Positions 26,483 through 37,449 of a stretch of 64,000 bases of DNA are shown one piece after another. Source of the stretch: an uncultured Actinomycetes bacterium (GTDB lineage Bacteria > Actinomycetota > Aquicultoria > Subteraquimicrobiales > CAMTWV01); NCBI GenBank assembly GCA_947085535.1, contig CAMTWV010000002.1, positions 94,199 through 158,198 of the forward strand. The letters run 5' to 3'. Position 1 is the stretch's first letter. Each line of letters starts with the position of its first letter. The position numbers and the translations under genes are program-made. Under the pieces are notes generated by a model. It saw nothing but the letters and a program-made list of their open reading frames with translations, ran no database searches and was not told the DNA's origin.

Positions 26483-27643
26483 TTAATTTTTTGAAATGGT
26501 TTTGATTATTTCTTTTGCTTTATTCCTTGCCCAGTTTCCAGCTTCTTTCAATGTTACAATGTTTTTGACTTCGAGAGGAGTATGTGCATTAAGAGTTTTC
26601 TCAATAATTTTACTGATATCGGTAAAATTAATCTGGTTGTTTAAAAGAGCAGCAACTGCCTCTTCATTGCTCGCGTTAAGGACAGCAGGATAAGTTTTTC
26701 CTTCTTTTCCAGCTTGAAGAGCATATTTAAGACATGGAAAGGTTTCCAAATCAGGTTTTTCAAAGGTGAGATTAGCTATTTCAATAAAATCTAAGGGCGG
26801 CAAAGGCGAAGACAATCTTTCTGGATAAGAAAGCGCATACTGAATGGGAATACGCATATCTGTTTGTCCAAGGTGTGCCTTAATGGAACCGTCTTTGAAT
26901 TCAATCATTGAATGAATAATGCTTTGTGGATGAATAAGCACCTCTATTTTGTCGTAGTCGATACCAAAGAGAAAATGAGCCTCAATTACCTCCAAACCTT
27001 TATTCATCAGTGTGGCTGAGTCAATTGATATTTTCTTGCCCATTCTCCAGCGAGGATGCACAAGTGCTTCTTCGACTGTAACCTTTTTAAGTTCGTTATT
27101 TTTTTTGCCTCGAAAGGGTCCGCCTGAACCCGTGATAATTAAACGAGAAATATCTTCCTTTCTTTCTCCAATCAGGCACTGAAAAATAGCATTATGCTCA
27201 CTGTCAATGGGAATTATTTGTGCGTTTTTTGCTCGTGCAACCTTTATAACAATTTCTCCTCCGACCACCAAAGATTCTTTATTGGCTAAAGCAAGAACTT
27301 TGCCAGATTCAAGAGCAGCAATGGTTGCATCAAGTCCAATTGAACCGACTAAAGCATTAACAACCACATCATTTTCTTTAAGAGAGGAAAGTTCAACTAA
27401 TCCTTGCAAGCCAACAACGAGAGAAATTTTTTCAGGAATGATATCTCGAATTTTTTGAGCTGCTTCTAAATCTACAACACCAATAAATTTTGGTTTGAAT
27501 TGTTTTATCTGGCTTATCAAAAGTTCAATATTTTTATGAGTCGATAGGGCAATGACCTTAAATTTATCAGGATTTTGTGAAACTACTTCAAGAGTTTGTT
27601 TTCCTATCGAACCTGTTGAGCCAAGAATTGAAAAATTTTTCAC
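26483..27643 (-). CDS. dxr: 1-deoxy-D-xylulose 5-phosphate reductoisomerase
   Basis: MKNFSILGSTGSIGKQTLEVV NADPH-binding start. 386 aa. Confidence 0.9.
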   Translation of the reverse strand: MKNFSILGSTGSIGKQTLEVVSQNPDKFKVIALSTHKNIELLISQIKQFKPKFIGVVDLEAAQKIRDIIPEKISLVVGLQGLVELSSLKENDVVVNALVGSIGLDATIAALESGKVLALANKESLVVGGEIVIKVARAKNAQIIPIDSEHNAIFQCLIGERKEDISRLIITGSGGPFRGKKNNELKKVTVEEALVHPRWRMGKKISIDSATLMNKGLEVIEAHFLFGIDYDKIEVLIHPQSIIHSMIEFKDGSIKAHLGQTDMRIPIQYALSYPERLSSPLPPLDFIEIANLTFEKPDLETFPCLKYALQAGKEGKTYPAVLNASNEEAVAALLNNQINFTDISKIIEKTLNAHTPLEVKNIVTLKEAGNWARNKAKEIIKTISKN

Positions 27644-27649
27644 TCAAGC

Positions 27650-28456
27650 TCACCCGATTATGAGTTTAAGAATGTAATATGCGGCTGGCGCAGCGAACAA
27701 TAGACTATCAAATCTATCTAAAATACCACCGTGACCAGGCAGAATGAAACCTGTATCCTTAACTTTCATTTCGCGCTTAAGGCGCGATTCAGCCAGGTCG
27801 CCAACAGGCGCAGCGATGCCAAGAATAAACCCAACTAAAAATCCCCAGAGGATGCCTTTTAAAGAATGGAAGGGTTTTACCAGTAAAAAATAGAGAAGCC
27901 CTGAAATGAGCGCACTTGAAATGAGACCTGCCAATGTGCCTTCCCATGTTTTATTTGGGCTGATTGACGGCAAAAATTTCTTTTTTCCTTTCCAAATGCC
28001 ATAACCATAAGCAGCAGAATCAGAAATCCAAACGGTTATAAGAGTAATTAAGGCAAGTACAGCGCCATATTTTTCAATGCCTCTGATTAAAATGAGATGG
28101 CTAAGGAGAAAAGCCACATATAAATCGGCGTAGATGGTGATACCAAAATCAGACACGGTAAAAGTTTTTGGGGTAAATACTTCCCAGAAAAGCGAGAGAA
28201 AAATAGTTGTCAATAAAGCAGTAGCTAAACCTACGCCTCCTCCAACATAGGCGCCTGTGCAGAGAAGGATGCCGCTAAACATGCCGAAAAGTATGTTGGG
28301 ATTCATACCGCGGAAGCGGACCAGCGAATAAAATTCATCAAGACCAATTAAAACAATGGCGGTGATTAAAAGGTAAAAAGTAAAATGACTTAAAAATAAA
28401 AAGAACAGCATTAAAGGAACACCAATTACTGCTACCAGAATTCGCTGTTTTAACAT
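27650..28456 (-). CDS. cdsA: phosphatidate cytidylyltransferase
   Basis: C-terminal CTP-transferase signature SxxKRxxxVKDxGxxxPGHGGxxDRxDS. Start chosen at MLKQRIL to avoid a 44-nt overlap with uppS (ORF track gives 28522). Confidence 0.8.
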   Translation of the reverse strand: MLKQRILVAVIGVPLMLFFLFLSHFTFYLLITAIVLIGLDEFYSLVRFRGMNPNILFGMFSGILLCTGAYVGGGVGLATALLTTIFLSLFWEVFTPKTFTVSDFGITIYADLYVAFLLSHLILIRGIEKYGAVLALITLITVWISDSAAYGYGIWKGKKKFLPSISPNKTWEGTLAGLISSALISGLLYFLLVKPFHSLKGILWGFLVGFILGIAAPVGDLAESRLKREMKVKDTGFILPGHGGILDRFDSLLFAAPAAYYILKLIIG

Positions 28457-28478
28457 TGTTTCGTTTTGCTTAAGTTCT

Positions 28479-29261
28479 TCAGTCAATAGCTCCAAACCGC
28501 CTTTTTCTTTGCTGAAATTCATAAATAGCTTTAAAAAATTCTAGTCGAGAAAAATCAGGCCAGAGAGTCTCAGTTACCCAGAGTTCAGAATAAGTTGATT
28601 GCCAGGGCAAGAAATTACTTAAACGCATCTCCCCACTTGTCCTGATTAAAAGCTCAGGATCGGGCATGCCTGCTGTATAAAGGTAATTTGCCACGGTTTC
28701 GGGTGTAATTAAGTCAGGGCTTAAGTTCTTTAATAATACCTCTCTGACTATTTTTTTAACCGCCTCAGTTATTTCTTGTCTGCCCCCATAGTTTAAAGCT
28801 AAGTTTAAAACCAACCCTGTATTATTTGAAGTTGCCTTAATGCTATTTTCGAAGCATTTCTTGGTCGAATCAGGAAGTTCTTCAAGATGCCCTAATACAT
28901 TCAACCTTACATTATTTTCACTAAGTTCACCCAACTCTTCTTTAAGCGTATTTTTAAAAAGACTCATTAAGCTTGAAACTTCCTTTTTTGGTCTTTTCCA
29001 ATTTTCAGTTGAGAATGTGTAAAGCGTTAGGTATTTAATTTTAATTTCGGCTGCGGCCTTCACAATTTCACGAGTAGCTTTAACACCTGCGTGATGACCA
29101 ACAATTCGAGGCAACCCCTTTTTCTTTGCCCACCGTCCGTTTCCATCCATTATTATGGCAATGTGCCGAGGGAGCTTATCGAAATTGATTTTTTTTAAAA
29201 AAAAATCCTCACTTTCCTCTTTATGAGTTTTACGAAGACGTTCTCTATTTTTACTGGGCAC
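28479..29261 (-). CDS. uppS: undecaprenyl diphosphate synthase
   Basis: HIAIIMDGNGRWA and cis-prenyltransferase C-terminus. Confidence 0.9.
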   Translation of the reverse strand: MPSKNRERLRKTHKEESEDFFLKKINFDKLPRHIAIIMDGNGRWAKKKGLPRIVGHHAGVKATREIVKAAAEIKIKYLTLYTFSTENWKRPKKEVSSLMSLFKNTLKEELGELSENNVRLNVLGHLEELPDSTKKCFENSIKATSNNTGLVLNLALNYGGRQEITEAVKKIVREVLLKNLSPDLITPETVANYLYTAGMPDPELLIRTSGEMRLSNFLPWQSTYSELWVTETLWPDFSRLEFFKAIYEFQQRKRRFGAID

Positions 29262-29274
29262 TTTATTGGCTCAC

Positions 29275-29832
29275 CTATATTTCCATTATTTCTTTTTCTT
29301 TAGCTGCCAAAAGTTCATCAATTTCATGAATATTTTTGTCAGTCAATTTTTGAATTCTTTCTTGAGTGCGAAGTAGTTCATCCTCAGAAATTTTCTTTTC
29401 TTTTTCTTCATTTTTGAGTATGTCATTTGTGTGTCTTCTGATATTTCTAATAGCAACCCTTCCCTCTTCTGCGTATTTTTTAGCGATTTTAGCGAGTTCT
29501 TTTCTTCGTTCTTCAGTTAGTGGTGGTATTGGTAATCTAATGACATTACCGTCGTTTGTGGGAGTTATTCCTAAATCAGACTGCTGAATTGCCTTTTCAA
29601 TATTTCTTAAAATTGATTTGTCCCAGGGCTGGATGACTAATAACTGTGGTTCAGGAGATAGGATGGTTGCCACCTGGTTTACCGGCATTTTTGCTCCGTA
29701 ACAATCAACAAAAATTCTGTCGAGAAGACTGGCTGAAGCCCTACTTGTTCTTAGTCCTTTAAACTCCTCAACCATAGTTAAAACAGCTTTTTTCATATGT
29801 TCTTCAGCATCTTTAACAATAGTTTCAGTCAT
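29275..29832 (-). CDS. frr: ribosome recycling factor
   Basis: 185 aa. Position after pyrH. Confidence 0.9.
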   Translation of the reverse strand: MTETIVKDAEEHMKKAVLTMVEEFKGLRTSRASASLLDRIFVDCYGAKMPVNQVATILSPEPQLLVIQPWDKSILRNIEKAIQQSDLGITPTNDGNVIRLPIPPLTEERRKELAKIAKKYAEEGRVAIRNIRRHTNDILKNEEKEKKISEDELLRTQERIQKLTDKNIHEIDELLAAKEKEIMEI

Positions 29833-29837
29833 TTTCC

Positions 29838-30566
<729 letters not shown>

Positions 30567-30570
30567 CTAA

Positions 30571-31170
30571 TTAAATAGTCACGCCTAATTCGTAACGAAC
30601 GAATCGTCTGATAACAATATTTTCGCCGATTTTTGTAGCAATTTCACCCAGGTAATCTTCAATTTTAATATCAGGATTTTTAATGTAAGGTTGGTCAAAC
30701 AAACAAACTGACTGATAAAATTTTTCTATTCTTCCTTCAGCTATTTTTTCGATAACATGAAGGGGTTTTCTTTCCTCAAACCCTTGAGCTTTGTAAATTT
30801 CAATTTCTTTTTCAATTACTTCCGGCGGCACATCGTCTCTTTTAATATAAAGGGAATTACTTGCTGCGATATGTAAAGCAATATTATGGACGAATTCTTT
30901 AAAGTCTTCGTTTCTTGCGACAAAATCTGTCTCACAGTTTACCTCAACCAGAACTCCGATTTTTCCGCCTGCGTGAACATATGAATCAATGAGTCCTTCT
31001 TTGGTGATTTTAGCGGCTCTTTTTTTAAGTTCAGCTAATCCCTTTTTTCTTAAAAGTTCAACCGCAGTTTCTATATCTCCCTTTGCTTCTTCAAGAGCTT
31101 TTTTGCAGTCCATAAATCCAGCTCCGGTGCGAACGCGTAAGTCTTTTACTAATGATGCGGATAACTCCAT
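30571..31170 (-). CDS. tsf: elongation factor Ts
   Basis: LVKDLRVRTGAGFMDCKKAL UBA-like N-terminus. 199 aa. Confidence 0.9.
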   Translation of the reverse strand: MELSASLVKDLRVRTGAGFMDCKKALEEAKGDIETAVELLRKKGLAELKKRAAKITKEGLIDSYVHAGGKIGVLVEVNCETDFVARNEDFKEFVHNIALHIAASNSLYIKRDDVPPEVIEKEIEIYKAQGFEERKPLHVIEKIAEGRIEKFYQSVCLFDQPYIKNPDIKIEDYLGEIATKIGENIVIRRFVRYELGVTI

Positions 31171-31202
31171 CTTTGCCTCCGTAATTAATTTAACTCTGGA
31201 AT

Positions 31203-31931
31203 TTAAGCTTTTTTAACTTCGACCATATCATCTGCTTCAGGTTTGATGCGGCTTTCTTTGCCTTCAAAGCAGGCGTTGGAAATGATTTTTGTAATTAAAG
31301 CTATGGCTCTTATGGCGTCATCATTACCAGGAATCACAACATCAACTTCGTCAGGGTCACAATTTGTGTCAATAATGGCAATAACCGGAATGTTTAACCT
31401 TCGGGCTTCTTTTATAGCGATTTCTTCCTTTTTTGAATCGACCACAAAAATAGCCGCAGGAAGTTTAGTCAAATTTTTCATGCCGCCAAAGTTCTTTTCC
31501 AATTTTTCTTTTTCTTTAAGGAGTGCTTGCGCTTCTTTCTTGAGTAGTTTCTGAAGTGTTCCATTGGCTTCCATAGCCTCAAGCTCTTTTAATCGCTTAA
31601 TTCTTGATTGAATTGTCTGAAAGTTGGTTAGTGTTCCACCCAACCATCGATTGTTTACGTACGGCATTTCACAGCGAGTAGCTTCTTCTTTTATGGCATC
31701 CTGAGCTTGTTTTTTAGTTCCGATAAATAAAATGTCACCGTTGGTGCTTACTGTGCTGCGAGTAAACTCATAAGATTTTTCGATTCCGACGAGAGTTTTT
31801 TGAAGGTCAAAGATGTGAATATCATTTCGCTTGGTGAAGATGTAATTCTTCATCTTGGGATTCCATCGGCGAGTTTGATGTCCGAAATGCACCCCCGCTT
31901 CCAAAAGCTGTTTCATTGAAACTACTGACAT
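31203..31931 (-). CDS. rpsB: 30S ribosomal protein S2
   Basis: [27 protein letters not shown]. The ORF track N-terminus is extended by 21 codons; true start at internal Met. Confidence 0.9.
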   Translation of the reverse strand: MSVVSMKQLLEAGVHFGHQTRRWNPKMKNYIFTKRNDIHIFDLQKTLVGIEKSYEFTRSTVSTNGDILFIGTKKQAQDAIKEEATRCEMPYVNNRWLGGTLTNFQTIQSRIKRLKELEAMEANGTLQKLLKKEAQALLKEKEKLEKNFGGMKNLTKLPAAIFVVDSKKEEIAIKEARRLNIPVIAIIDTNCDPDEVDVVIPGNDDAIRAIALITKIISNACFEGKESRIKPEADDMVEVKKA

Positions 31932-32084
31932 ATAGATTTTTTCTCCTTTTCTGGTTTTTTCCCGCCACCCGCTTCGATCTTTTCTTTGCCCCACTTTTGG
32001 CGAGGACCAGAAGAAAAGTCAGCGGATGTGAGTATTTAAAACGGTCAATAGTTTAGCATAGTCAGAAATTAACATCAATTATTT

Positions 32085-32870
32085 TTATTCCAGGACAGCC
32101 TGCGATTTTATTTTGCGAAGATATGTTTTTAACCTGAAAATAGCTTTAGTGTGAAGTTGGGAAACTCTCGATTCAGTTATGCCCATGATTTCCCCGATTT
32201 CTTTTAAAGTTAAACCTTCGTAGTAATAAAGTGCAACCACAATATTTTCTTTATCAGGGAGCCGTTCTATCGCTTTCATAAGAGATTCCTTAAGCTCTAA
32301 AAATTCAAAAACTTTAGAGGGGTCACGAGCAGTCACATCTTCAATTGTGTCAATTACGGCAATTTTGTCTTCCTTGTTTGTGTCAATTGTGTAAAGGTCT
32401 TCAAGTCCGGCTACACAGGAATGGCTTAGTTGAAACATTAAATTGTAAAGCTCATCCTGACTAACATTGAGCGCTTTGGCTAATTCTTCGTCTGTGGGAA
32501 TGCGTTTTAATTTTGCCTCTAAATCATTATAAGTTTTTTCCATTTCTCTTGATTTATGTCTGAGAGAGCGAGGCACCCAGTCCATAGCCCGAAGTTCGTC
32601 GATTATTGCTCCCTTAATTCGAGTTATTGCATAGTTCTCAAATTTGATATTTCGGGATGGGTCGAATTTTTCTATAGCATCGATTAAACCCAGGATGCCA
32701 TAACTAATTAAATCGGCAATCTCAATATTTGATGGGAGTTTGGAGTAAATTTTGCCTGCTACATATTTTACTAAAGGAGCATAATAAAGAATAAGTTTAT
32801 CGCGGGTCTCATTGGATTTGGCTTTTTTATATCCATCCCAGATTTTTTGGATTTCTGGTGCGGTTTCTAT
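32085..32870 (-). CDS. FliA/WhiG (sigma-28) family RNA polymerase sigma factor. Orphan (no flagellar genes nearby). No canonical start codon upstream of region 2
   Basis: Regions 2.x (LILYYAPLVKYVAGKI...GLIDAIEKFDPSRNIKFENYAITRIKGAIIDELR), 3 and 4.2 (LTLKEIGEIMGITESRVSQLHTKAIFRLK) are all in one frame that stays open to a stop at 32952-32954 with no ATG/GTG/TTG. AGGAGG sits 9 nt before ATA at 32868-32870, the position expected for Met1 by comparison with the SigD N-terminus. The ORF track starts at an internal Met (32585). Confidence 0.75.
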   Translation of the reverse strand: METAPEIQKIWDGYKKAKSNETRDKLILYYAPLVKYVAGKIYSKLPSNIEIADLISYGILGLIDAIEKFDPSRNIKFENYAITRIKGAIIDELRAMDWVPRSLRHKSREMEKTYNDLEAKLKRIPTDEELAKALNVSQDELYNLMFQLSHSCVAGLEDLYTIDTNKEDKIAVIDTIEDVTARDPSKVFEFLELKESLMKAIERLPDKENIVVALYYYEGLTLKEIGEIMGITESRVSQLHTKAIFRLKTYLRKIKSQAVLE

Positions 32871-32905
32871 TTTTACTCTCCTCCTACTTGTTCTTTTAAT
32901 TAAAC

Positions 32906-33814
32906 CTAAGCACGTGGGTGAGTTTGTTGATAAATTTCTTTTAACTTTGTTTTACTTAAATGAGTATAAACTTGGGTTGAGGATAAATCAATGTGCCCTA
33001 AAAGCTCTTGAACAGACCTTAAGTCAGCTCCACGCTCAAGCAAATGGGTGGCAAAAGTGTGTCTTAAAAGGTGAGGAAAAATTTTAAGGTCACTGCCTAT
33101 TTTTTTAATGTACTTATCCAAGCAAGCTCGAATTGCTCTTTGAGTGAGTCGTTCGCCGTCTTTATTTAAAAATAAGGCTTTTTCAGTTTTTGCTCGTTCG
33201 GGGTGTTTTGAAAGAAGTTTTTTTCGTCCGTTTGCAATGTAGACTTGAATTGACTCGAGGGCTTTTCTGTTTAAAGGAAGGATTCTTTCTTTTCTTCCCT
33301 TTCCGACAACCTTAATTTCGCCTTGAGCAAAATTAACCTCGTTTATATCCATGTTTGTAAGCTCACCAACACGTATGCCTGCGCCATAAAGTGTTTCAAT
33401 CATTGCTTTGTCTCTTTGTCCTAATGGGGTGGTTTCATCAGGTGCAGATATCAATCGTTCTATGAAATCGACTTTTAAAATGCGAGGCAGTCTTTTTTCG
33501 ATTTTAGGAGAAGAAAGCATTGTAGTGGGATTTGTTTTAAGCTGGCTGGTTTTTTTAAGATAAGCGAAGAATGTTCTTAAAGCAGCTATTTTCCTAGCGA
33601 TGCTTGTTTTGCTGTACTTTAAAGTTTGAAGATAAGCAAGATATTGACGAAGAAGATTATAATTGACGTTTGAAAGCTTAATCCTGCTACGCTCGAGAAA
33701 AGTCAAAAATTGAGTTATGTCAAATTTGTATGCCTCAATGGTGTTTAAAGAGAAATTTCTCTCGGAAGATAGATACATTAAAAACTTTTTTAAAGCGTCC
33801 TTTGCTTGTGCCAT
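32906..33814 (-). CDS. xerC: tyrosine recombinase XerC/XerD family
   Basis: N-terminal SAM-like core-binding domain. C-terminal R...HxxR...Y (LLRHTFATHLL...QVYTH). 302 aa. Confidence 0.85.
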   Translation of the reverse strand: MAQAKDALKKFLMYLSSERNFSLNTIEAYKFDITQFLTFLERSRIKLSNVNYNLLRQYLAYLQTLKYSKTSIARKIAALRTFFAYLKKTSQLKTNPTTMLSSPKIEKRLPRILKVDFIERLISAPDETTPLGQRDKAMIETLYGAGIRVGELTNMDINEVNFAQGEIKVVGKGRKERILPLNRKALESIQVYIANGRKKLLSKHPERAKTEKALFLNKDGERLTQRAIRACLDKYIKKIGSDLKIFPHLLRHTFATHLLERGADLRSVQELLGHIDLSSTQVYTHLSKTKLKEIYQQTHPRA

Positions 33815-33820
33815 TAATTT

Positions 33821-34912
33821 TTATCGTAACCTGATATAGTTTTTACCGATGTCTTGCTTAACATAACCTTTTAGTTCTAAAATCGTTAAGCAGCCAATAA
33901 CTGTTGCAATATCTAAGTTAATAAGCTGACTTATTTTATCTATGTGTACAGTTTCCCACCCAATAGTTTCAATTATCTGTTTTTCGAGATGAGAAAGCCC
34001 TTCTTCGCTTTCTTTCTTTTCCAGCTTCTTTGTCCGAAAAAGATTAAGAATACTAAGAATATCGTTAGCATTTTCAACAAGATAAGCACCTTGTTTAAGC
34101 AAATTATGAACTCCTTTACTTAAACTGCTTTTGATGTGACCTGGAACTGCCATTACATCTCGTCCTTGTTCGAGAGCAAAATCGGCTGTAATTAAGGCGC
34201 CGCTTTTTTCTGACGCCTCGATAACAATAACGCCCAGAGAAAGCCCACTAATAATTCGGTTTCGGGCAGGAAAGTTTGATTTAAACGGTGGTGTCCCTAA
34301 AGGATATTCTGAGATGAGAGCACCATGTTCTTCAATTTTTTCAAAAAGTCTTCGATTTTCGGGTGGGTAAATAATGTTTAAGCCGCAGCCAACAACTCCA
34401 ATAGTGCTGCCAACTTCCGATACTGCTCCTGTATGAGCAGCTGAATCGATTCCTCGAGCAAGACCACTTACAATTGTTATTCCGCATTTTGATAAATCAC
34501 GGGCTAATTCTTGAGCAAAAGTTTGTCCAGATAGACTGGCTCGACGGGCACCAACAATTGCCACACAGGTTGGAAAATTGGAGAGCGAATGTCCTTTAAT
34601 AAACAAAACCGAAGGAGGACTTGCTATCTCGCGAAGCAAAGGTGGATAGTCAATATCATCCATGGTTAATATTTTAATATTATAGGAAGAAAGTTTTTTA
34701 AACTCTTTATCGAGGTCAATTTTTGCCTGTTTTTCTTTAATTTTTTGAGCTGTTTTTTCAATGACAATCCCTGAATCGATAAGTTCTTTAAGTGAGACAT
34801 TCCAGATGTTTTCAGGAGTTTTAAAATGAGTGAGCAAATACCTTTCTCTGGTTGAAAATTCGCTTATTAATTTTAGTCCGAGCCAGAATTTCTTGTCTGA
34901 CAAATAGTTCAC
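33821..34912 (-). CDS. dprA: DNA processing protein DprA (Smf)
   Basis: Rossmann-like DprA core GxARGIDxxAH. 363 aa. Next to xerC/topA-like context. Confidence 0.85.
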   Translation of the reverse strand: MNYLSDKKFWLGLKLISEFSTRERYLLTHFKTPENIWNVSLKELIDSGIVIEKTAQKIKEKQAKIDLDKEFKKLSSYNIKILTMDDIDYPPLLREIASPPSVLFIKGHSLSNFPTCVAIVGARRASLSGQTFAQELARDLSKCGITIVSGLARGIDSAAHTGAVSEVGSTIGVVGCGLNIIYPPENRRLFEKIEEHGALISEYPLGTPPFKSNFPARNRIISGLSLGVIVIEASEKSGALITADFALEQGRDVMAVPGHIKSSLSKGVHNLLKQGAYLVENANDILSILNLFRTKKLEKKESEEGLSHLEKQIIETIGWETVHIDKISQLINLDIATVIGCLTILELKGYVKQDIGKNYIRLR

Positions 34913-34928
34913 CCTACGGGTCGTAGAC

Positions 34929-36449
34929 CTATTTTAAACTCGTTCTATACTGAATAGCTTCAGCAATATGTCCTAACTCGATATTTTCTGAATTGACTAA
35001 ATCCGCAATGGTTCTTGCCACTTTTAAAATGCGGTCGTAAGCCCTCGCGCTTAAGGCAAACTTATCAACAGCATTTTCAAGAAGCGATTTAGCCGATGGC
35101 GAAAGAGAACAAAATTCCTTAATCTCTTTTGCTCTCATTTGCGCATTCAAAACAATATTTCTTTCATAGAATCTCTCTTGCTGTTTTATTCTTGCCTTCT
35201 GGATTCTTTCTTTTATTGAACTTGATGGCTCACCGCTAAGATTTCCAGAGAGCTCTTCTTTGGTGAGTCGAGGCACCTCAACACAGATATCCATTCTGTC
35301 CATAAGTGGTCCAGAAATCTTATTTCTGTATTGCTGAACTTTTATTGGCGTGCAAACACATTCTTTTAATCGGTCGCCTGAGTGGCCACAAGGACAAGGG
35401 TTCATTGCTGCGATGAGGACAAATTTACTTGGATAAGTAAGTGCTGTAGAAGCTCTTGAAATGGTTACATAACCATCTTCTAAAGGTTGTCTGAGAACTT
35501 GAAGAACACTTTTGCTAAATTCAGGAAATTCGTCTAAAAATAAAACACCGTTATGACTGAGCGAAATTTCACCCGGTTTAGGAAAGTGACCACCGCCCAC
35601 AAGACCAGCATAAGAAATTGTGTGATGAGGGGATCTGAATGGTCGGGTTAAAATTAGAGATGTATTGGAAGCCAGAATTCCAGCAACGCTGTAAACTTTA
35701 GTTGTTTCTATTGCTTCGTTTAAAGTCAAATCAGGAAGTATTGTTGGAATTCGGCGAGCAAGCATTGTTTTACCCGAGCCAGGAGGTCCAATCATTAAGA
35801 CATTGTGGCCACCTGCGGTGGCAACTTCGAGTGCCCTTTTAGCATGTTCCTGCCCTTTAATATCAGAGAAATCGATACCAAAATCAGTATTCGAGGTAAA
35901 AATACTCTTTAAATCAGTTTTTTGAGGTTCAATGATTATTTTATCATTTAAAAAATCAACTACTTCTCTTAGTGTTTTTACTGGAATGACTTTAACGCCA
36001 TCTACTATTGCGGCTTCTCTTGCATTATCAAAAGGGATAATGATTCCCTCTTTTTTCTCATTTTTGGCGCAAATAGCTAAAGAAATAGCCCCGTTAACCC
36101 TTCTTATTTCACCATTTAGAGAAAGCTCGCCAACAATTAAGTATTTTTTAAGGTTATGGTGAGAAATAACTTTAAATGCAGCCAGTGAAGCTAAGGCAAT
36201 AGGTAAATCAAAAGAAGGTCCTTCTTTTTTAATGTCAGCCGGAGCTAAATTTATTGTGATACGCTTTAAGGGAAACTCAAACTCGGAATTACGAATGCTG
36301 GACCTGACTCTTTCTCTTGATTCCTGAACGACTGTATCAGGAAGTCCAACAATGTTAAAAGCAGGTAAGCCCGTTGAAATATCAGCCTCAACCTCTACTT
36401 TTATAGCTTCCAGTCCGTAAAGTGTAGCGCTTTCTAATTTAGCAATCAA
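34929..36449 (-). CDS. comM: Mg-chelatase-like AAA+ protein YifB/ComM
   Basis: Lon-protease-like N-terminal domain, Walker A GPPGSGKT, C-terminal Mg-chelatase subunit ChlI domain. 506 aa. Confidence 0.85.
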   Translation of the reverse strand: MIAKLESATLYGLEAIKVEVEADISTGLPAFNIVGLPDTVVQESRERVRSSIRNSEFEFPLKRITINLAPADIKKEGPSFDLPIALASLAAFKVISHHNLKKYLIVGELSLNGEIRRVNGAISLAICAKNEKKEGIIIPFDNAREAAIVDGVKVIPVKTLREVVDFLNDKIIIEPQKTDLKSIFTSNTDFGIDFSDIKGQEHAKRALEVATAGGHNVLMIGPPGSGKTMLARRIPTILPDLTLNEAIETTKVYSVAGILASNTSLILTRPFRSPHHTISYAGLVGGGHFPKPGEISLSHNGVLFLDEFPEFSKSVLQVLRQPLEDGYVTISRASTALTYPSKFVLIAAMNPCPCGHSGDRLKECVCTPIKVQQYRNKISGPLMDRMDICVEVPRLTKEELSGNLSGEPSSSIKERIQKARIKQQERFYERNIVLNAQMRAKEIKEFCSLSPSAKSLLENAVDKFALSARAYDRILKVARTIADLVNSENIELGHIAEAIQYRTSLK

Positions 36450-36459
36450 ATTGCTCCTC

Positions 36460-36801
36460 CTAAAAAGCGTTTTCTATGTGAATAATCTCTGTTCTATCTT
36501 CATTGACAAGAATTCCTATAACGTCAAATCTGAATGATTCCGCTTGAGGCTTGTGGAAAGCAATAAAAGAATCAGCAAGTTTTTTTAATCTTTTCTGTTT
36601 TGAAATATTGACAGCCTCAAATGGTTCGCCATATTTTTTATTGGACCTTGTTTTTACTTCAACAAAGACAAGAGTCTTTTTATTAAAAGCAATTATATCA
36701 ATTTCACCAAATTTTAAGCGATAATTTCTTTCAAAAATTTTAAAACCTTTTTTGAGAAGAAGCTGGCAGGCGAGGTCTTCGCCTTGAGATTTGAGTGGCA
36801 T
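36460..36801 (-). CDS. YraN/UPF0102 family endonuclease-like protein
   Basis: 113 aa, GEIDIIA...VFVEVKTR motif. Confidence 0.8.
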   Translation of the reverse strand: MPLKSQGEDLACQLLLKKGFKIFERNYRLKFGEIDIIAFNKKTLVFVEVKTRSNKKYGEPFEAVNISKQKRLKKLADSFIAFHKPQAESFRFDVIGILVNEDRTEIIHIENAF

Positions 36802-36804
36802 AGC

Positions 36805-37449
36805 TTAACCTTCGCATATTAATTTTTTAATGGGAGAAAAGTTTTTCCGATGGATTTTTGACGGACCCCATCGGGCAAGTGCTTCCTGGTGATATTTTGT
36901 TCCGTATCCTTTGTTGAAAGAGAACCCAAAGCTGGGAAACTCTTTATCGAGTTTATCCATAATTCTATCTCGTGTAACCTTGCACACTATTGAGGCAGCA
37001 GCAATGCACGCACTTATGGAGTCACCTTTAATTAAAGCTTTATTGGGAATTTCCAAATTGGGCAGAAGATAGCCGTCAGAAAGAACAAAATCGGGCTTAA
37101 CTGAAAGTTTTTTAACCGCTTCTTTGAGACATTCAAGATTTGTTTTTTGCAGTCCGAGAGCTTCGATTTTTTTTACGTCAAAAATAGCGACGCTCCAAAA
37201 GCAAGAATCAGTAATTGTTTTAAATAGTTTTTCTCGAGTCTTAGGAGTTATTTGCTTGCAATCTTTTAATCCAGAAATAAAAACATTTTGAGGAATGATA
37301 ACTGCGGCAGCAACCAGCGGTCCAGCCCAGGCACCCCTTCCTGATTCATCAACACCAGCAATTAGCTGGTATTTCTTACTGCGTAAATCATTTTCAATTT
37401 GACACAAATTTTTAAAATCTTCAATTTCGAGGTTATCCTTGGCTTTCAT
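36805..37449 (-). CDS. rnhB: ribonuclease HII
   Basis: IAGVDESGRGAWAGPLV catalytic motif. 214 aa. Confidence 0.9.
   Translation of the reverse strand: MKAKDNLEIEDFKNLCQIENDLRSKKYQLIAGVDESGRGAWAGPLVAAAVIIPQNVFISGLKDCKQITPKTREKLFKTITDSCFWSVAIFDVKKIEALGLQKTNLECLKEAVKKLSVKPDFVLSDGYLLPNLEIPNKALIKGDSISACIAAASIVCKVTRDRIMDKLDKEFPSFGFSFNKGYGTKYHQEALARWGPSKIHRKNFSPIKKLICEG

Noticed and set aside
32812-33087. 91-aa plus-strand ORF
   Set aside because: Antisense to the xerC 3' end and the N-terminus of the sigma-28 gene, both of which show clear protein homology.
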